Below the pieces are notes generated by a model. It was given only the letters and a program-made list of their open reading frames with translations. It was not told the origin of the DNA and searched no databases. A program made the position numbers and the translations under genes. Source: Lama glama (taxonomy: Eukaryota). Taken from it: a stretch of 64,000 nt of DNA. Shown here piece by piece: positions 12,270 through 25,950 of the stretch. Each line of letters opens with the position of its first letter. The stretch's first letter is position 1. The stretch covers positions 21,268,001 to 21,332,000 of the forward strand of contig CM052818.1 in assembly GCA_028534125.1 (NCBI GenBank). Reading direction: 5' to 3'.

Positions 12270-12415
12270 CAGGCCTCTGCCAGGACACCCTAGGGAGCAT
12301 CATAAAATTACAAATCCACAGGGCCCAACCACAGATGAAATTAGAATATCCAGGGGTGGGTCTGGACTCTGTACACTGCACCAGCACTCCAGGCAATTCA
12401 TTTGTAGTCAGCAGG
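12270..12415. mobile_element. MER5-family hAT MITE
   Basis: aaattacaaatccacagggcccaacc...aattagaatatccaggggtgggtctgg...ctccaggcaattc. Confidence 0.6.
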
Positions 12416-14059
12416 TGTGGTGAGAGGGCTGGTATCTGGGAACCAGGGAAATGAGTGTCACTCCTTTGTTTCCACAAAAAATCATTGGACACCTCTGTGG
12501 TACCCAGCTCTGCAACGGTCTCAAAGAGTGTCCCGGTTAGAAGTAAGAGAATCCCGGTCAAACCAGCATCATTAAAATGATGCAGGACTTTTGGTTAAAG
12601 ATACAAGAGTATCTCAGGCAGCCAAGCAGCAGGAGTAGTTGCCTCAGGACAGTCTGGGACCAGAGGTGAAGAGGCACAGGAGGGAGGTGGCCACTCTCAC
12701 CCTCACTCACTCTTGCCTCCGCTTCGTTCATGCCTCTCTGCTGACCGACATCTCTGCTTCTTTGTGTGCATGGTGGACCAAGGCCCCCGCAGCTCTAGGA
12801 CTTGCATCTCCTCACTTCGGGAGATCAGCAGACCATACTCACTTTTTTATTGGCCAACTCCAAAATGCCTGACCTAATGGGTCAGAAGTTGATCCAGAGG
12901 GCTGATCCCTTATGTGAATGGGGACCTGTTCTCAGGAGAGAAGGTCATGGTTAAACAGTCTTCAACAAATTAGGAACTAACAGCTAGCACACTGGAATCT
13001 TCGATTCATCTTCTATGGGGCAGAAGAGGCAGCTCTTACACGTTGCTACCACCAGTTAAATGAATGAGTTTATCAAGTTCTTTCCTGAGGACAGGTCTCA
13101 GGGAGGTTTGGAAATAACTGTGAAGGCATGGGATGCCCAAGGGAGGGTAAGGATGATGCTAGGAGGGTTGAAAGGTCTGCACTATTCTTCTGAGGGCCCT
13201 GTGAGGCACATAGACGAGGAGAGGTGACAGACTTGGGCAGCTGTATGTCGTGAGAGCCATTTGAACTTGAGTTTAGAAGCACATAAGCTCCTTGAGTGAC
13301 TGAATCCACGTGGCTGGGTACTTTTAGTTGCTCGGGGAGTTCATAGAAGAATTTAAGAGGATTGAGGACCCAGGCATGTTCTCTAGGAGCCTGTTCTTCA
13401 TGGCCCTGGGAGATTTCCATGATTGTTTGACTTATGGGCACTGTTTGCCTTCCCTTTCTTCCCATTTCCTAGAAGGTCAGCAGGCCAGTCCTGGGGGATC
13501 AAAGGAACAGAGGGTACTTCATTTAGATCTAGGTGTCAGGGTTCCACAGATCTGCAATCAGAAGCTTGGAGGACCAGGACTCCTCTGGCTTCACAGGATC
13601 CAGTAACTTACTCTGAAGGACTCACCTTCCTAACATCTTCTCCTTAGAAACCCCTTTTCCATGAATCAGATCTTGGCTTCATTCTCCCCAGGCACTAACT
13701 GAGGTTATTGGTCAAGAAATCAACACCCAGCCAGGGGGCCGGGCCCTGCCTCACACAATGTTAGGGTCTCTGAAAGCAACAGAAACAATTCCTGGCAGGG
13801 TTGGGGCCTGCTCCATCCCCTGGGCTAGGGATGGGCGACCCAGATTGTCCCATGACTTGGGAGCAAGGCTGTGGGAGTAGGGCCACCGTCCCTCTAAGGG
13901 CCAGGCCACAGGATGCCTTTCAAGTCCCAATTGTTGCCTGTCTCACAAAGCAAGAGCCAAGAAGTAGTCCTTCCTCTCATTCTCCCACCTTTCTCAGGGC
14001 AAGAGAAAGCACAGATGGAGTGAAGTACAACGAAGAGACTTTGTTTCTAGTTCCAGCTC

Positions 14060-14160
14060 GTTCATTCGGTTATTCAGCAGATATTCCCTGAGTGCTCACC
14101 CCAAGCACTGGGCTCAACTTGGGGAATGTGCCATGAGTGAAATAGATCCAGTCCTTGCCG
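14060..14160 (-). mobile_element. L2 3' terminus
   Basis: ttcattcggttattcagcagatattccctgagtgctc...agatccagtccttgcc. Confidence 0.55.
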
Positions 14161-14177
14161 AGACCAGAACAGGCTCT

Positions 14178-14440
14178 TCCTGGGCCTCAGTTTTCTCATC
14201 TGTAAAATGAGACAGTTGGACCAGATTCTCAAATTTTAGCATGCGCTCCAATCACCCAGAGGACTTGTTAAAACACGGTTTGCTTGGCTTCACCCCCAGA
14301 ATCTCTGATCCTCTGGGTCTGAGAATGTATCTTTCTAACAAGTTCCCAGGTGTTGCTGATGCTGTAGGCCGGGGCCACACTTTGAGAACCACCGGGCTAC
14401 ACGAGCTCTCAGGCCCCTTCCAGCTGTGACAGTCAGTGAT
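14178..14440 (+). mobile_element. MIR/MIR3 split by MER5A
   Basis: gggcctcagttttctcatctgtaaaatgag core; resumes after MER5A as ctctcaggccccttccagctgtgac. Confidence 0.7.
14222..14394. mobile_element. MER5A hAT-Charlie MITE
   Basis: ttctcaaattttagc...aatcacccagaggacttgttaaaacac...tttctaacaagttcccaggtg...cacactttgagaaccac. Confidence 0.9.
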
Positions 14441-15099
14441 GTGGATGCTTTGGTGGTCGCTGGAGTGGCCTAAGCAGAAAGGGATTGTGCAAAGTCAGCC
14501 TGGAAATGGAAAAGTCCCATAAGTTCCCTAAGCTTAGGGGTAAATGGATCAGAGATAAACCTCAACAGAGCCACTAAAGCATTTGCCTCATTATTTTTTC
14601 AAAAAAATGATTAAAAAGTAATTTCCTAACATGAAAGTTCAATCAGATGCTAGAGAAATTATTTCAACTTTCCATTGGGGGAAAAAAAGGCTCCACTAAA
14701 AAGCTACAAGGGTATTGATGTCTATTAAATATTTGCTTTTCTCTCTAGCCCACACTAGACTGAGTAATTTGTATTTGGCAGAAACCAGCTGCAATTACAT
14801 TAGTCAATCCAAAAGCCCAACTTGCTCATACAAAATGCAAACAAATTAGTTAAAATGGCCTAATTAGTGGACTGTAAAAATACAAACTGAGGCTGGCAGC
14901 CTGGTGTGTGTTAGTCAAGGGCACCATCTCCCCACATGGGGAGCCTGGAGCAGGGGACCACGGGACTCGGCTCCCAGCTGATGGAGGGTCTCCTCCCGGG
15001 ACCACTAACAGCCAATGACCCAGAGGATCCCAGCGCTTCTGCCTTAGGTAACCCCGTCCTCTCCTGGCCTGGAGAATGGCCTCATCTTTGGCCAAGTAG

Positions 15100-15285
15100 G
15101 TGCAACAGTAGGAACATGGGGTTTGGATCCAAATGAATTCAAGCCTGAACCCCAGCCCCACCAACTCACCAGCTATCGCTTTAGATGCCTTAGGAAAGTC
15201 TCTTCACTTCCTGAGCCTCTTGTTTCCCTTCTAAAATGGAAAGAATGCATCCTGTACTGAAAGGTGGCTGTGAGGATTAGCAATT
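15100..15285 (+). mobile_element. MIR SINE
   Basis: gaaagtctcttcacttcctgagcctcttgtttcccttctaaaatgg...gtggctgtgaggattag. Confidence 0.7.
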
Positions 15286-15589
15286 AGTTCTATCCGCCTG
15301 TGTTGTAGTTGTTTTGTTATGAGTGTAGGTCTGGGTTTCCTGGGCCTTCATGTACCGGAACCAGGATTCTGGTTCCCATTTAGGGTACCAGCAGGCAGTT
15401 TTGTAGAGATTGGATGAGTCTGAGGTAATGACCCTCAGGGCATTGAGCAAGGTCAAGGACTGTGTTCAGAGGATTGTGGTGTGACTCAGCAGCTCATCTG
15501 GGCTGCATCCCAGGGGGCTACAGGCTGCAGCTGTATGGATGCACGGGTCACAGAATCAGAGAGCTGGCAAGGACCACAGCCACCTTCCA

Positions 15590-15770
15590 GGCTAAGGGTT
15601 CAAGCCCTCACTGTGTCTCAGGGCCCCTCAGGGAGCTTCCACAGGAGGCTGGAGCCAGGACCCCACTTCCAGAGAGTCTGATTCAAGCAGCCTTGGAGGG
15701 CCCCAGACGTCAGTGTTTTGATGCCTCTCCAGGGGACTCTAAATGAAGTCAAGGTTAAGAATCATTCCTC
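15590..15770. mobile_element. MER5-family MITE
   Basis: ggaccccacttccagagagtctgattcaag...ctctccaggggactctaa...aaggttaagaatcatt. Confidence 0.6.
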
Positions 15771-16889
15771 TAATCAAACCCTTTATTTTGTAGGGAAAAA
15801 TAAAAACAAGCAGTTATGCAATGAAAATCTAAAAAACAAACAAATCTGCAAAGCAGTGACAACAACTCAGAGACTCAGAGAGAGGTGAAGGTCACCCAGA
15901 TTGAAATTTTCCTTAATTGTTGGATCAGACCGTTGGCTCTGATAGGAAGGAATGTCTGCAGGCTGCCCATAGAGTACTGGGGCTTTCTCCCAGGCCCCTA
16001 AAGGAGGCCAGACTTTGGTGACAATCAACATCTTGTATTTTATAACACCTTCTCGCCAACGCACATTTCCAGCTCAATTATAGTCACAACATAAGCTGGC
16101 CTGAGACTTGGGAATCTCAGGAAAGTGCCGCAGTTTGTTTCAAGATCACACAGCCCATCAATGTCAGATGCAAGACTGAGATACCCAGGGGGTGGGTGTT
16201 AGACAAACAGAATCTCTATCAATTCTGGCCACCAGACTTTGTGATTCATATCAGGATGGTTCCCATCCACTAATGGATTCCACTCCGAGGCAGACAGCAG
16301 TTACACACTTAGGTAGAGAGGACCAGAGATATAAGATTTCCTAAGCAGAGAGGTGTTTTGTTTCCTTACTGGGCGACCCTTACCTCAGAAATAGAATCTA
16401 ACTGATCAGGGACTGTGTCTCGTTTATTTTTATATCCTGCATTTAGTGAGTGTTCTTCTGAATCTTTCTGCCTCTGTTCTCATGGGCGTCTGCTTGCTCT
16501 AGCAGAGCCAGACACCTGGACCCAAAGAGACCGGACACAGGCAGAATCTGAGAACTTCTCACCCTGAGGGAAGGGCCAGAAGGACTGGTCCTGCCCTTGC
16601 CCCCCTTCTCCAGCTCCAAGCTCCCCTCATGTCCATCCTCACCACCCCAATTCCCAGAACCAAAATCTCAGGGAACATCAAGATACAGTGTCATTTCTGA
16701 CCGTGGCCTTCAGTAATTCCATCACTGCTTATGTTGGGACCTGACTAAGTGCTCTGAGATGTAGTTCACTCTTTGACATAATTATCTCAGGTTGTAACAA
16801 GGCTTCAGGCTGAGATGGGATCCCGGGCTTTACCCTCCTCCTTAAGCCAGATTTTTAGCTCATTAGTCCTTGGCTTCTATTTCCTCACT

Positions 16890-18950
16890 TCAGTCTCATT
16901 TAAGGGTAAGCATATCCTTGTAAGAACTGCGTTAGCTGCTTCCCACAACTGTGGGAAATGCTGTGTTCTATTTTATTTTCTAATTTTCCTTAGTGAAGTT
17001 CTGTTGGTAGAAAAGTCAGTTTGTCTGAAAATACTTTGAAATGTATGTGTTCTAAGTACAGACTTCTTTTCGGTTGCTAAGTGTTTCCTTTCAACACATT
17101 GAAGATACTTTTTTCCCACTATTTTCTGGCTTCCATTGTTGCCATTGGGAAGCCAGCTGCTACTCCAATGATCATTCCTCTAAAAATAATGTTTTCCCTC
17201 TCTGGCTGCTTTTAAGATTTCTCGCTTTGTCTTTTGTGTTCTGTGATTGCGGTGGGATGCGCCAGGGTATCTGCATTGCCACCGTATTGAACTATATAGA
17301 TAAATATCAATTGTAGGTTTGGGTTGATAGAAAATTCAGACATGGACCTGGATAATTCAGATGAGGTTGCTTATGTATAAAATACAGATGGAAGTCCGCC
17401 CCATGAAAATACACAGCAGAGGGAGACAGCAATTTAAGCTCCTGGACCCCAAATTTCCTAAAGGAAGACACCGCTGTAGACGGCAATTTATAAGTGAACA
17501 AGGATCACATCACACTTTCTGGAAAAGTATCTTCCTCTTCCAAGCTCAGTTTCATGACCAACCTTGGTGCTGTAGGATATACAGTATGACCACATAGTGT
17601 AGCACAGTACAATGCAGTATGTTTTACATGAACGCAATTGCCATTAATCACTCCCAGCTTGGTCTTGAACCTGTGCTATGAAATTAGAACAAAGGGCAGG
17701 GACCCAAATATTTGTAAAGGTCCTAGGTATGATTTATAGGGCTTACTCTGCCATATAATTTTATCTTTTATTTATCTTCTTGAATTTTTTTTTTTTTTGC
17801 TCAGAATCTGTGGAAAATTCCTATCTTTCAAATATTGCTTCTGCCCGATTCTTCCTTTCATCTCTGTAATTTTCTTGAGATGTGTGTGAAACGTGTTCCC
17901 CAGATCCTGCATGTCTCTTCACATCTCTTTGATGTTACCCTTCTCTTTGTCTTTCTGAGCTGCATTCTGGGTAATTTTTTTCATTCTCTTTTCAGAATGT
18001 CTAGTCTTCTGTTGAAGCTATCTATTGAGTTTTTAATTTCACGAATTTAATTTTTTTATTGCTTAAAGATCTGTTTGAATTCTTTTCTAATCTGTTTGGG
18101 CATTTCTATTGCCTCTTACCGCTAGTCATGATTTTAATCCTTGCCTTTACTTTTTAAACAGTTAAACATAGTAATTTGTATTTACATCTGATCATTTCAA
18201 TATCTGATGACTTTGTGGGTTCAGTTCTGCTATTTGCTCGCTCTTGCTCATGGTACTTTGTTTCTTTGAATGCTCTGTGATTTTTGACTGTGAGTTTATA
18301 GCTTTGAAACTTTACCCAGGGGGATTCTTGAGGTTTGAATTAAAGTTCCTTCAGAGAGGTAGCATCTCATTCCCTAGGTGCCTGGGACCACTACTAATTT
18401 AGATTCACCTCTTCAACTTCTTAACTGGAGGCTTCTTGGACCACTAGGGAGTATGAATTTGATGTATAAACCCATGGGAGAGCTGGCACATGGTTATAAA
18501 TTCTCAGAAAAAATCTCCCCTTCTGTTTAGGGTCAAAGTTGTATATATATAATTTTCCTTGTAGTCCCTTTGGTAGGAATACAGTCTAGCTTATTTCTGT
18601 CTTTACAATAATGGGGCAGTAATTTGGAGTCTCAGTTTAATTCATAGGGGGTCTCTACTATATTCTCCCACCTCAGGTAAGCACTAGGTTTTTTCTTCTT
18701 TCCCTTCTTGTCCTGTAAGGCTGTGAAAACTAAACCAAAGTTCACACGATTAGGCAAATGCCCTCACGGCCAAAGCCAACTTCAGGGTCCACTTATTTCT
18801 GTATAGTTTCACTTCCACCTAGTTTTTATCTAGGAATGTGCCGTAGCTTTTTTCCAACTCATTAGTATATTAAAGTGTGTTCCTTTTGTTTTATCCAGGA
18901 TTTATATTTGTTTTCGTTGGGAAAACTGATCAGTGTTTAGTCCACTGTCT
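16890..18950 (-). mobile_element. ancient L1 (L1M/L1ME) 5'/ORF1-region fragments
   Basis: T-rich antisense L1-like sequence (ttttctggcttccattgttgcc; ctatctattgagtttttaatttc); interrupted at about 17275-17735. Confidence 0.65.
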
Positions 18951-18989
18951 TGTACGAAGTGGATATGGCTAACCTATTATCCTTCTGAT

Positions 18990-19120
18990 CCTGTGCAAGC
19001 AATTGACCTCTTCAAACCTCAGTCCCCTCATCTATAAAACCATCTATTTCCTAGGGTTATTTGAAGATCAGTGGAGATATTGTAGAAAAAAAGATTTTTT
19101 AAAACTGAGAAGTAAAGCAG
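18990..19120 (+). mobile_element. MIR fragment
   Basis: aacctcagtcccctcatctataaaac...tagggttatttgaagatca. Confidence 0.6.
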
Positions 19121-20505
19121 TATATCGATATGAGAGCATTTTGTGACTCTGTATCTAATAATTTCTTTTTCATGAAGATGAGTGAAGAAAGTTGGCACAA
19201 GCTATTTATAATCCAGCTCAATATTCACCTAGTCATGCAACAAGCATGTGCCAAGCACCTTCAACACGGTACTCTCCTAGCCTAGCGGTTCCCTGATTCA
19301 GTTATTTCCTGAGGTGTGTTTTCCAAGACCAAATTGTGGTTTATTTAGAAATTTTTAAGAAATCCTCTGCCATTCACTTATATTTCCCTTTTCTTTCTTC
19401 TCAATGACAGACACAAAACTGAGGTGTCTTTCCTAGCACATCCTCATTGCCTCCACCAGCCAAAAAAGTATTTGTTCCTTTATGGACAATTTAAAGTCCT
19501 GATACCTTCTGGGGATTTCTTTCAAGGACTGTTTTCAACTCAAGCTATTTGTGTCCAGCCAGGGCCAGTCCGGGGAGGGGCTAGGCTGTTGGTCCAGATG
19601 GTGAGTTAGAAAACCTGGGTTCTAATTTCCTTCTCCACTATTTGGCTATTTAGTTTGGGAAAATCATAGCCCCCAATTCTAAAGACCACACATCCCATCC
19701 TTAAAAAAAAAGAACATTAATCCCAGGTTGTGAGGGTCCTCTGAGGGGAATGCACAGGAAAATACCCTGGAGATTTTGAAGCTTTCTACAATTTAAGAGA
19801 AAAGAATGGTCACTGCCCGGTGGTAGAAATGATTCATTCTCATACTACCACCTCCCACTAATCATATCCCAGGCCAGAAAAAATTTGCAGGGCACACTCT
19901 CATGGAAGCCAGAATCTGAGAATGCTCACAACTGTATGCGTGGCAGGACACATCCCCCTGGCTCCAGGGAAGAGTCACATTCCCACCGCCTTAAGCTTTG
20001 CAGCACCTGTGTCCTTGCCTGTCCCCAGCTGCCTGCCTAGCTGGGGCAGCCCTCCCAGCTCAGCCCTCCCTCCCTTGGCTGAGGGGACCCGCCTCCTCTG
20101 TGCTGGGTGCAGAGTGGCAGAACCAGCCAATCTGCCAAAGGCTGTGGTATCAGGGGTCGGTGTCAGGACGTGCTGACTGCGGAGGACACAGTGACAGGCT
20201 GAGCTGGGCCAGTAATTAGACAGTGAGAGCTTCCTCCAGCAAGCTGCAATCAATAGGTCTGCTTACCCAGGAAAAAAAGATTAAAGTAAAGCAGATGGTG
20301 GAAGATAATAATGTCTTCCACTTAACTCGCATTTGCACTCGTCAAAACACCTTTGCCACCATTTTCTCATTTGGTCCCCTGCACCTCTCTTGTCAGATCC
20401 TCTGGTGGGTGTGGCTGTCCAAGTTTACACAGCAGCTGACCAGCCTGGCCGTAAGAGATGAGACACGTATTTCCCATCATTAGTCTCTCGGAGAGAATGC
20501 AAACA

Positions 20506-20800
20506 TATTCACTGATGCAACACATTTTAACTTAGCACCTACTATGTACCAGTCACTGTTCCAGGCATAATGGATACAGCAGTGAATGAGACAAAGTCCT
20601 GTTCTCATGGAGGTGCCAATTTAATAGGAGAAGACAATACACAGATAAATGAACAAGATATCTGCGGGCAGTAATATGTGCTATGAAGAAAATAAAATGG
20701 AAAAATTTGAGAGAGAGGAACCAGCAAAGCTAATGGAGCCTGGATAGGGCTCTCTGAGCAGGTGACCTCTGGGCTGAGACCTGAATATCAAGAAGTGGCT
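20506..20800 (-). mobile_element. L2 3' end
   Basis: agcacctactatgtaccagtcactgttccaggc...gatacagcagtgaatgagacaaagtcctg...tgtgctatgaagaaaataaa. Confidence 0.85.
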
Positions 20801-22234
20801 TGAATGTCAAGAAGCGGTAGAATAATGAAGGGAGAGGGAGGAGCAGGTGCAGATGAACAGTGAATTAATAGTGCTGTGGGGCTCGCAGTCTCTCAGGATT
20901 GAAAATGGAGGCTGAGAGAGAGGAAGTTCTCGAGTGAAGCACAGGGATGTTGGCCTGGAAACGGACAACTTCCCTCTGGGGCTCTTTTCTCTGGCTACCA
21001 ACTTTTCTTTACCCTTGGTCTCAGATTGCCCACCTGTGAAATGGACACAGTGGTGTCAGTCACTGTTATAGACCCCACAACGAAGAGTTGTGAAGTGTTA
21101 GACACATGCTATCCAACCACATCAGCAAGGGGTTGCAAGTTCTTTAGACACATAGTGAATATTAAATATTTCCTGTTTTAAGAAATGTTACCAAGACAGC
21201 TAAAAGGTAAGCCTCTCTAGACTCCTCGCTTGGTCTAGTTGAACATGACACCATCAGCTTCCTAAGGCTTCCTGTCAGTGATACCATGATCTCTTAACTT
21301 TTTAGAGTACACGCCACTGTACAGAGCCTTTGACAGCTCTTGCTAGACATCTGCTAGATGGTAAGCCCCTTGAAGGCAAGGACCACTTACTTTCTAACTG
21401 TAAGGGTGCAATAAATGTTTGTGGGATTAGTATGTGAAAGACACAGCTTTATCTCATCACAACCTGTCCCCTCACCCACCTCTTCCATGTGGGCAGGGTC
21501 ATTATTGCATCCTAACATATCAGGTGAGGAACCTGAGGCACAGAGAGTTGGAGAGAAACTAGCAGTTTCTACCCAAACTCACCAGCTTGACTGGAAACTT
21601 TCTCAGGATCTATGTCTACAGCAGCAGCAGAAACAGCAATCGAGTGTTCAGATGCCGACACAAAGCAGAGATTTCTCTCTGCCTCAAAAGTCCGAGTCAG
21701 GGACCTCAAATCTTAGGATCTAAGCAGAATTGCCTAAAGAGAACTTCCAGACCCAGAACTCAGAAGTTCTGTGCAGGAGGAGACTACGATTATTTAGATT
21801 TGGTTTGCAGGTTACCAGGCCAGAGAGTCACCTGGGCTCGTCAAGGTCACCTAAGTGGCAAAATACTTACTTTTGGTGCAGCTGTCACTTCCCTTTACAA
21901 AGGCCCCCTGTGGCAGGGCCTTGGGGTTTCATGTCATCTGCACTTGGATTGCCCAAGATGTCAATCAGTTCCAGGCACCTGTCAAAAAAGTTGCGAGCCT
22001 AGGACTTTCTTTAAGGGGGGGAGGAACGGGAGTGATGAGAGCAGTTTAGTTGTTTTAATGAGGCTGAAAAATTGCAGTCAGTAGATTTAGATGGAAACTC
22101 AACACATTTGGACATCATCCCTTTTGCCAAAACACAGACTGCTTTTGTGGCTTCTAAGATAGTTCAGGCTGCTGAACAGGCACAGCCAAAGGGCGCCCCA
22201 TCTTCAGAGCTCCTTGAAATCTCTTCTATGCCCT

Positions 22235-22406
22235 GGCTCTCAGTCTTGGACCCACACCGAAATCATCTGGAGAACTTTAAAGCACACCACTGCCAGGTCC
22301 TATCTCCAGAGACCTGGACGCAATTGTTCTGGGATGTGGCCTGGATACTGAGATGCTTTGAATCTCTGCAGATGATTGTAAGGGGCAGCTAAGGTTGAGA
22401 ACAATA
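22235..22406. mobile_element. MER5-family MITE
   Basis: aatcatctggagaactttaaa...ctgggatgtggcctgg...agatgattgtaaggggcagctaaggttgagaac. Confidence 0.75.
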
Positions 22407-25400
22407 ATCTGTCAGGGGCTTTTCCCCAAGAGCAAGGAAGACAGACACTAATTTAACGAGGAGGAAGAAGTGTCATTTCCTCAATAGCTTGCACTCTCTG
22501 GGACTGTGCTGGGACAGTCATGTCCTCGAAGGTAGCCAGGCATCCAGTTTGTCATCCCAGATTCAACACCGAAAGTCCTGCCCCCAAGAAAACCTCCCAG
22601 TTCCAGTCCAACCTGGAAGGTTATTTACCCTATCACCTCCTAGCTCAATCCAGTTTGGCTCAGTTCTTTTGCATAATGGAAGGAGGGGAATTTAAGGAAG
22701 GGCAGGGAGGAAGCAGAGAAGGCAGTGAAGAGGCAGGTGGGGGGATGCCTGGTGCCTGTCACCCTCCAATGTGCAATTAATCACATGACCTCCTAACTTC
22801 ACAGAGGTCTACCAGTTCAAAAACACTTGATATAGATAACTTTTTTCCTTGTAAAACTGAAAAGGTGGCCAAGTTTCACTCCAGGGTTAAGATAGTGTGA
22901 AGCTAAAGTGGCCTGGAGGTGATAAGGCCCCCCAGGAATTTGCACACATTTTGGAAGAGGGCTAGGAACTTGGTGGCACTAGTGTGGTTTGATATTCTCT
23001 TCACCTAGACCTTGACATAGATGGCTCCCAGGTGACATCTGAGTCACACACGGTGTAGGTGGCAACCATCCTACACCGAACCTTTTATTGGACACTTTTA
23101 TTTGCCAGACACCATGCCGACGGTGAATGAAGGTGGCGGGTGTGGGCAGAAAGGGAGCATGACGTCACTGTCGAGACGGTACTGTTAGGGGCTTCTTTGG
23201 GGTGTGCTGGGGGCAGCTAGACCGGCACAGATGGGGTGTCTGGAGAAAGGAAACCAACAGCTAGCTTCACAGAGGGTGGGCTCTGGTTTTATATCATATT
23301 ATAAGTGATGAATCATGCCAGTTTGAAAAGTGGCCATTGGCCAGGAATCTGACATAATTAAATGTTCAGAAATCACTTACAAAATGACCTTGCAGGGCCC
23401 AATCATCTCTGAAGTTGACCAGACAAATGGCTGGAAACAGATAATTTCATTTTCCTTTTTTTTTTTTTTTTAAGGCCTCCACTCCACATCTTCCTTACCA
23501 TCCTCGAGGAACCGAATGTGAAGTTTTCGATTGGCCTTTGGTGCTCTGATTTTTCAGAGGGAAGGGAAAACACCCATTAAAAATGCCCATTCCAGGCGGA
23601 TGGCTGCATCCAGCAGCTCTGGTGCCAGAGTAATGAATCTAGAATCTCCGGTCCTTTGGCCAAATCTCAATGGCTAGTAATTAAATTTCCACTAACAGTT
23701 TGTTTTATCACCTCAGTTAGCTTGTTGACATATAAGAGGTGCTGCTGAGTGGTACAGCTAGTTAATGATTTTCTTTTACATATTGATATTAGTACCTGGA
23801 GAGGGAACATCTCCTCTTCAGAATATGATTACTATTTTGAAATCTTAAGCACAGGAGGGAAATCCGTTGCTATAAATTAAACAAGAAGTTCTGAGAACTT
23901 CTATCTTCAGTTCCCATCCAGACACTAATGCATCTCATTTACTTGGTGCTGTTCCCCTGAGTTATCTGTGTCACGCAGGCGACTCTTGCATGTTGCGTTA
24001 ACTATCTATTGAAAAAAAAAAACTCGAAGTGTGCTTGTAACGATGCCCTGAGCCAGGATGCAAGGAAGGGAGCAGAACAGGAAAAATTCATCGCTGTTAC
24101 ATTTCAAATTGCTTGGATATTTTAATTTGGAGAGGAAAGAACCCATGTCAGCTAAAGATGGAGCTACAATTAAACTGATACGCATTCATAGTTGCCTCCC
24201 AACCTGCTCTGGTTGTTTCTTTTCCCCATCTTAAACTACATGAAATCAATTATCTCTGCAAACCAGTTGTAAGGATGGTACACCAGCCACTTACTCCTGA
24301 AGTGAATAAATTATCTGCAGTTCATTATTGATGTGAACAACTGTTTGGATGGAAAGCTCCTTTTGATTCTCCGGGGGCAGGTTCAGGAAGACACACCCCC
24401 TGGCCTCTGTCTCAGATGCCCAGGGCAAGGGCAAGGTCTTTCGGTTGCTAACGCCGGGGCAGGAGAGGGGGGTGGGACAGAGCCGGCTTCACCTCCAGAG
24501 TGACCGGCCCTTAACGTGTGAGGCTTTACACACAGTGACAAATGTGTTCCCAGCATACCCCAGAGTGACAACTAGAGGGGAAAGGGGGGAGCAGACGTCC
24601 AGGTCTGAAAATACCTCTTGTGAGTGGAGGATGCCAGCCACCTGGAGCGGTGACAGGCACTGGTGTGTACAGGATCTGAAACGGAGTTGATGTGATGTCA
24701 TTTTGGCTCTCCTATAGCCTGGTTATCTCTTGCCAAGACTTCATGTCTGATTAGTCCGCTCAGAGGGGACAGCGGATCTCATCAGCCTCGCTTCCCGACA
24801 CTCCCGTCAACTCCAGAAACGCGGTGAAGGCATTTAAGATGAGGTGTCACATCTTGCTATCAAATTCTTTTGTGAGCCACCCCCCACCCCCGCCTGAGTC
24901 CGGCGCCTCCTTTGGACAACATGAATAAAGGGGGGAAATGGAGTTTCGGCTGGCTTCAGCCCGGTGATGCGTTGTGCGGGTCCATCTTCCCGGGTTAGCG
25001 TCTCCTGCTCGGCTCTGGGCCTGAGTCTTCTTTGTCAGCCAGGCTGGTAGGGGGCAGGACGCTGGCCCGACAGCGGACACTGCTGTTGGCAGCTCGCAGG
25101 AAGGGTGAGGCCTGCTGGAGACAGGCAAGGCTGCTTCTATTGATATCCTTGTCTGAGCACGGGGAAGTCATCCAGTAAACTGCTGACAAAGTCAATCCTC
25201 CCCAGCCGTGGCCTCTTTACCTAGTTGGGTAATTTTGCCACTTTAGCTCCAGGGGCCCTGGCAAGGCCCGGACCACACAGGGTTTCCTCGGGTCCAATCC
25301 TGCCAAGCTTCCTGGCAAAGGACTGGAGGCTGGCTCCCCTGCCAGCGTCACGTGCTCAAATCCACCCCTCGTCCCTCCAGCTGCACTGGCTGTCCCTACA

Positions 25401-25809
25401 GCAGGTCCGTGACCTTCTCCCATCCCAAGGAGAACAGGAGTGTGACGTCAGAGCTGGCTGTTAGGAAAGCGACGACGTCCAAGAAATACAACATCGGCAT
25501 TGGTTGGTCCTTTTCTGGGCAAGTGCCTTCTCAAACTCACCCCGCACTCCCCACCCCGTAGGTATGGAACGCTTCTGTGATACCACAGCCCTCTTATCAG
25601 AAACAAGATCGTGAACTCATTTATAGTGGCATGTTAGGTATTCCATGTCTGGCCCTCCATCCTGGAGAATTGGACTTTAAAAGAAGAACCGGAAGAGATC
25701 GGTGCTTAATCCAAGAGGAATGAGCCTCTGATGGTGGAATTGCAGGCACTGAAAAATCTGACATTTTGGAATCCTTGGTGAGATATTTGTCAGGGTCCCT
25801 TCAGCCATA

Positions 25810-25950
25810 CTCTCTGAACGTTGGTGTCTTCATTGGGAAAATGGGGATTATAATATTAGGCCTACTTTTTACTCCTGTCAGAGCTACAGGATGTGATGAC
25901 TGAATGAGGGCATGCGGGAAGTACCACTCAAACAGCAAAGTGCACAACAT
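25810..25950 (+). mobile_element. MIR fragment
   Basis: ctctctgaacgttggtgtcttcattgggaaaatggggattataat. Confidence 0.55.
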
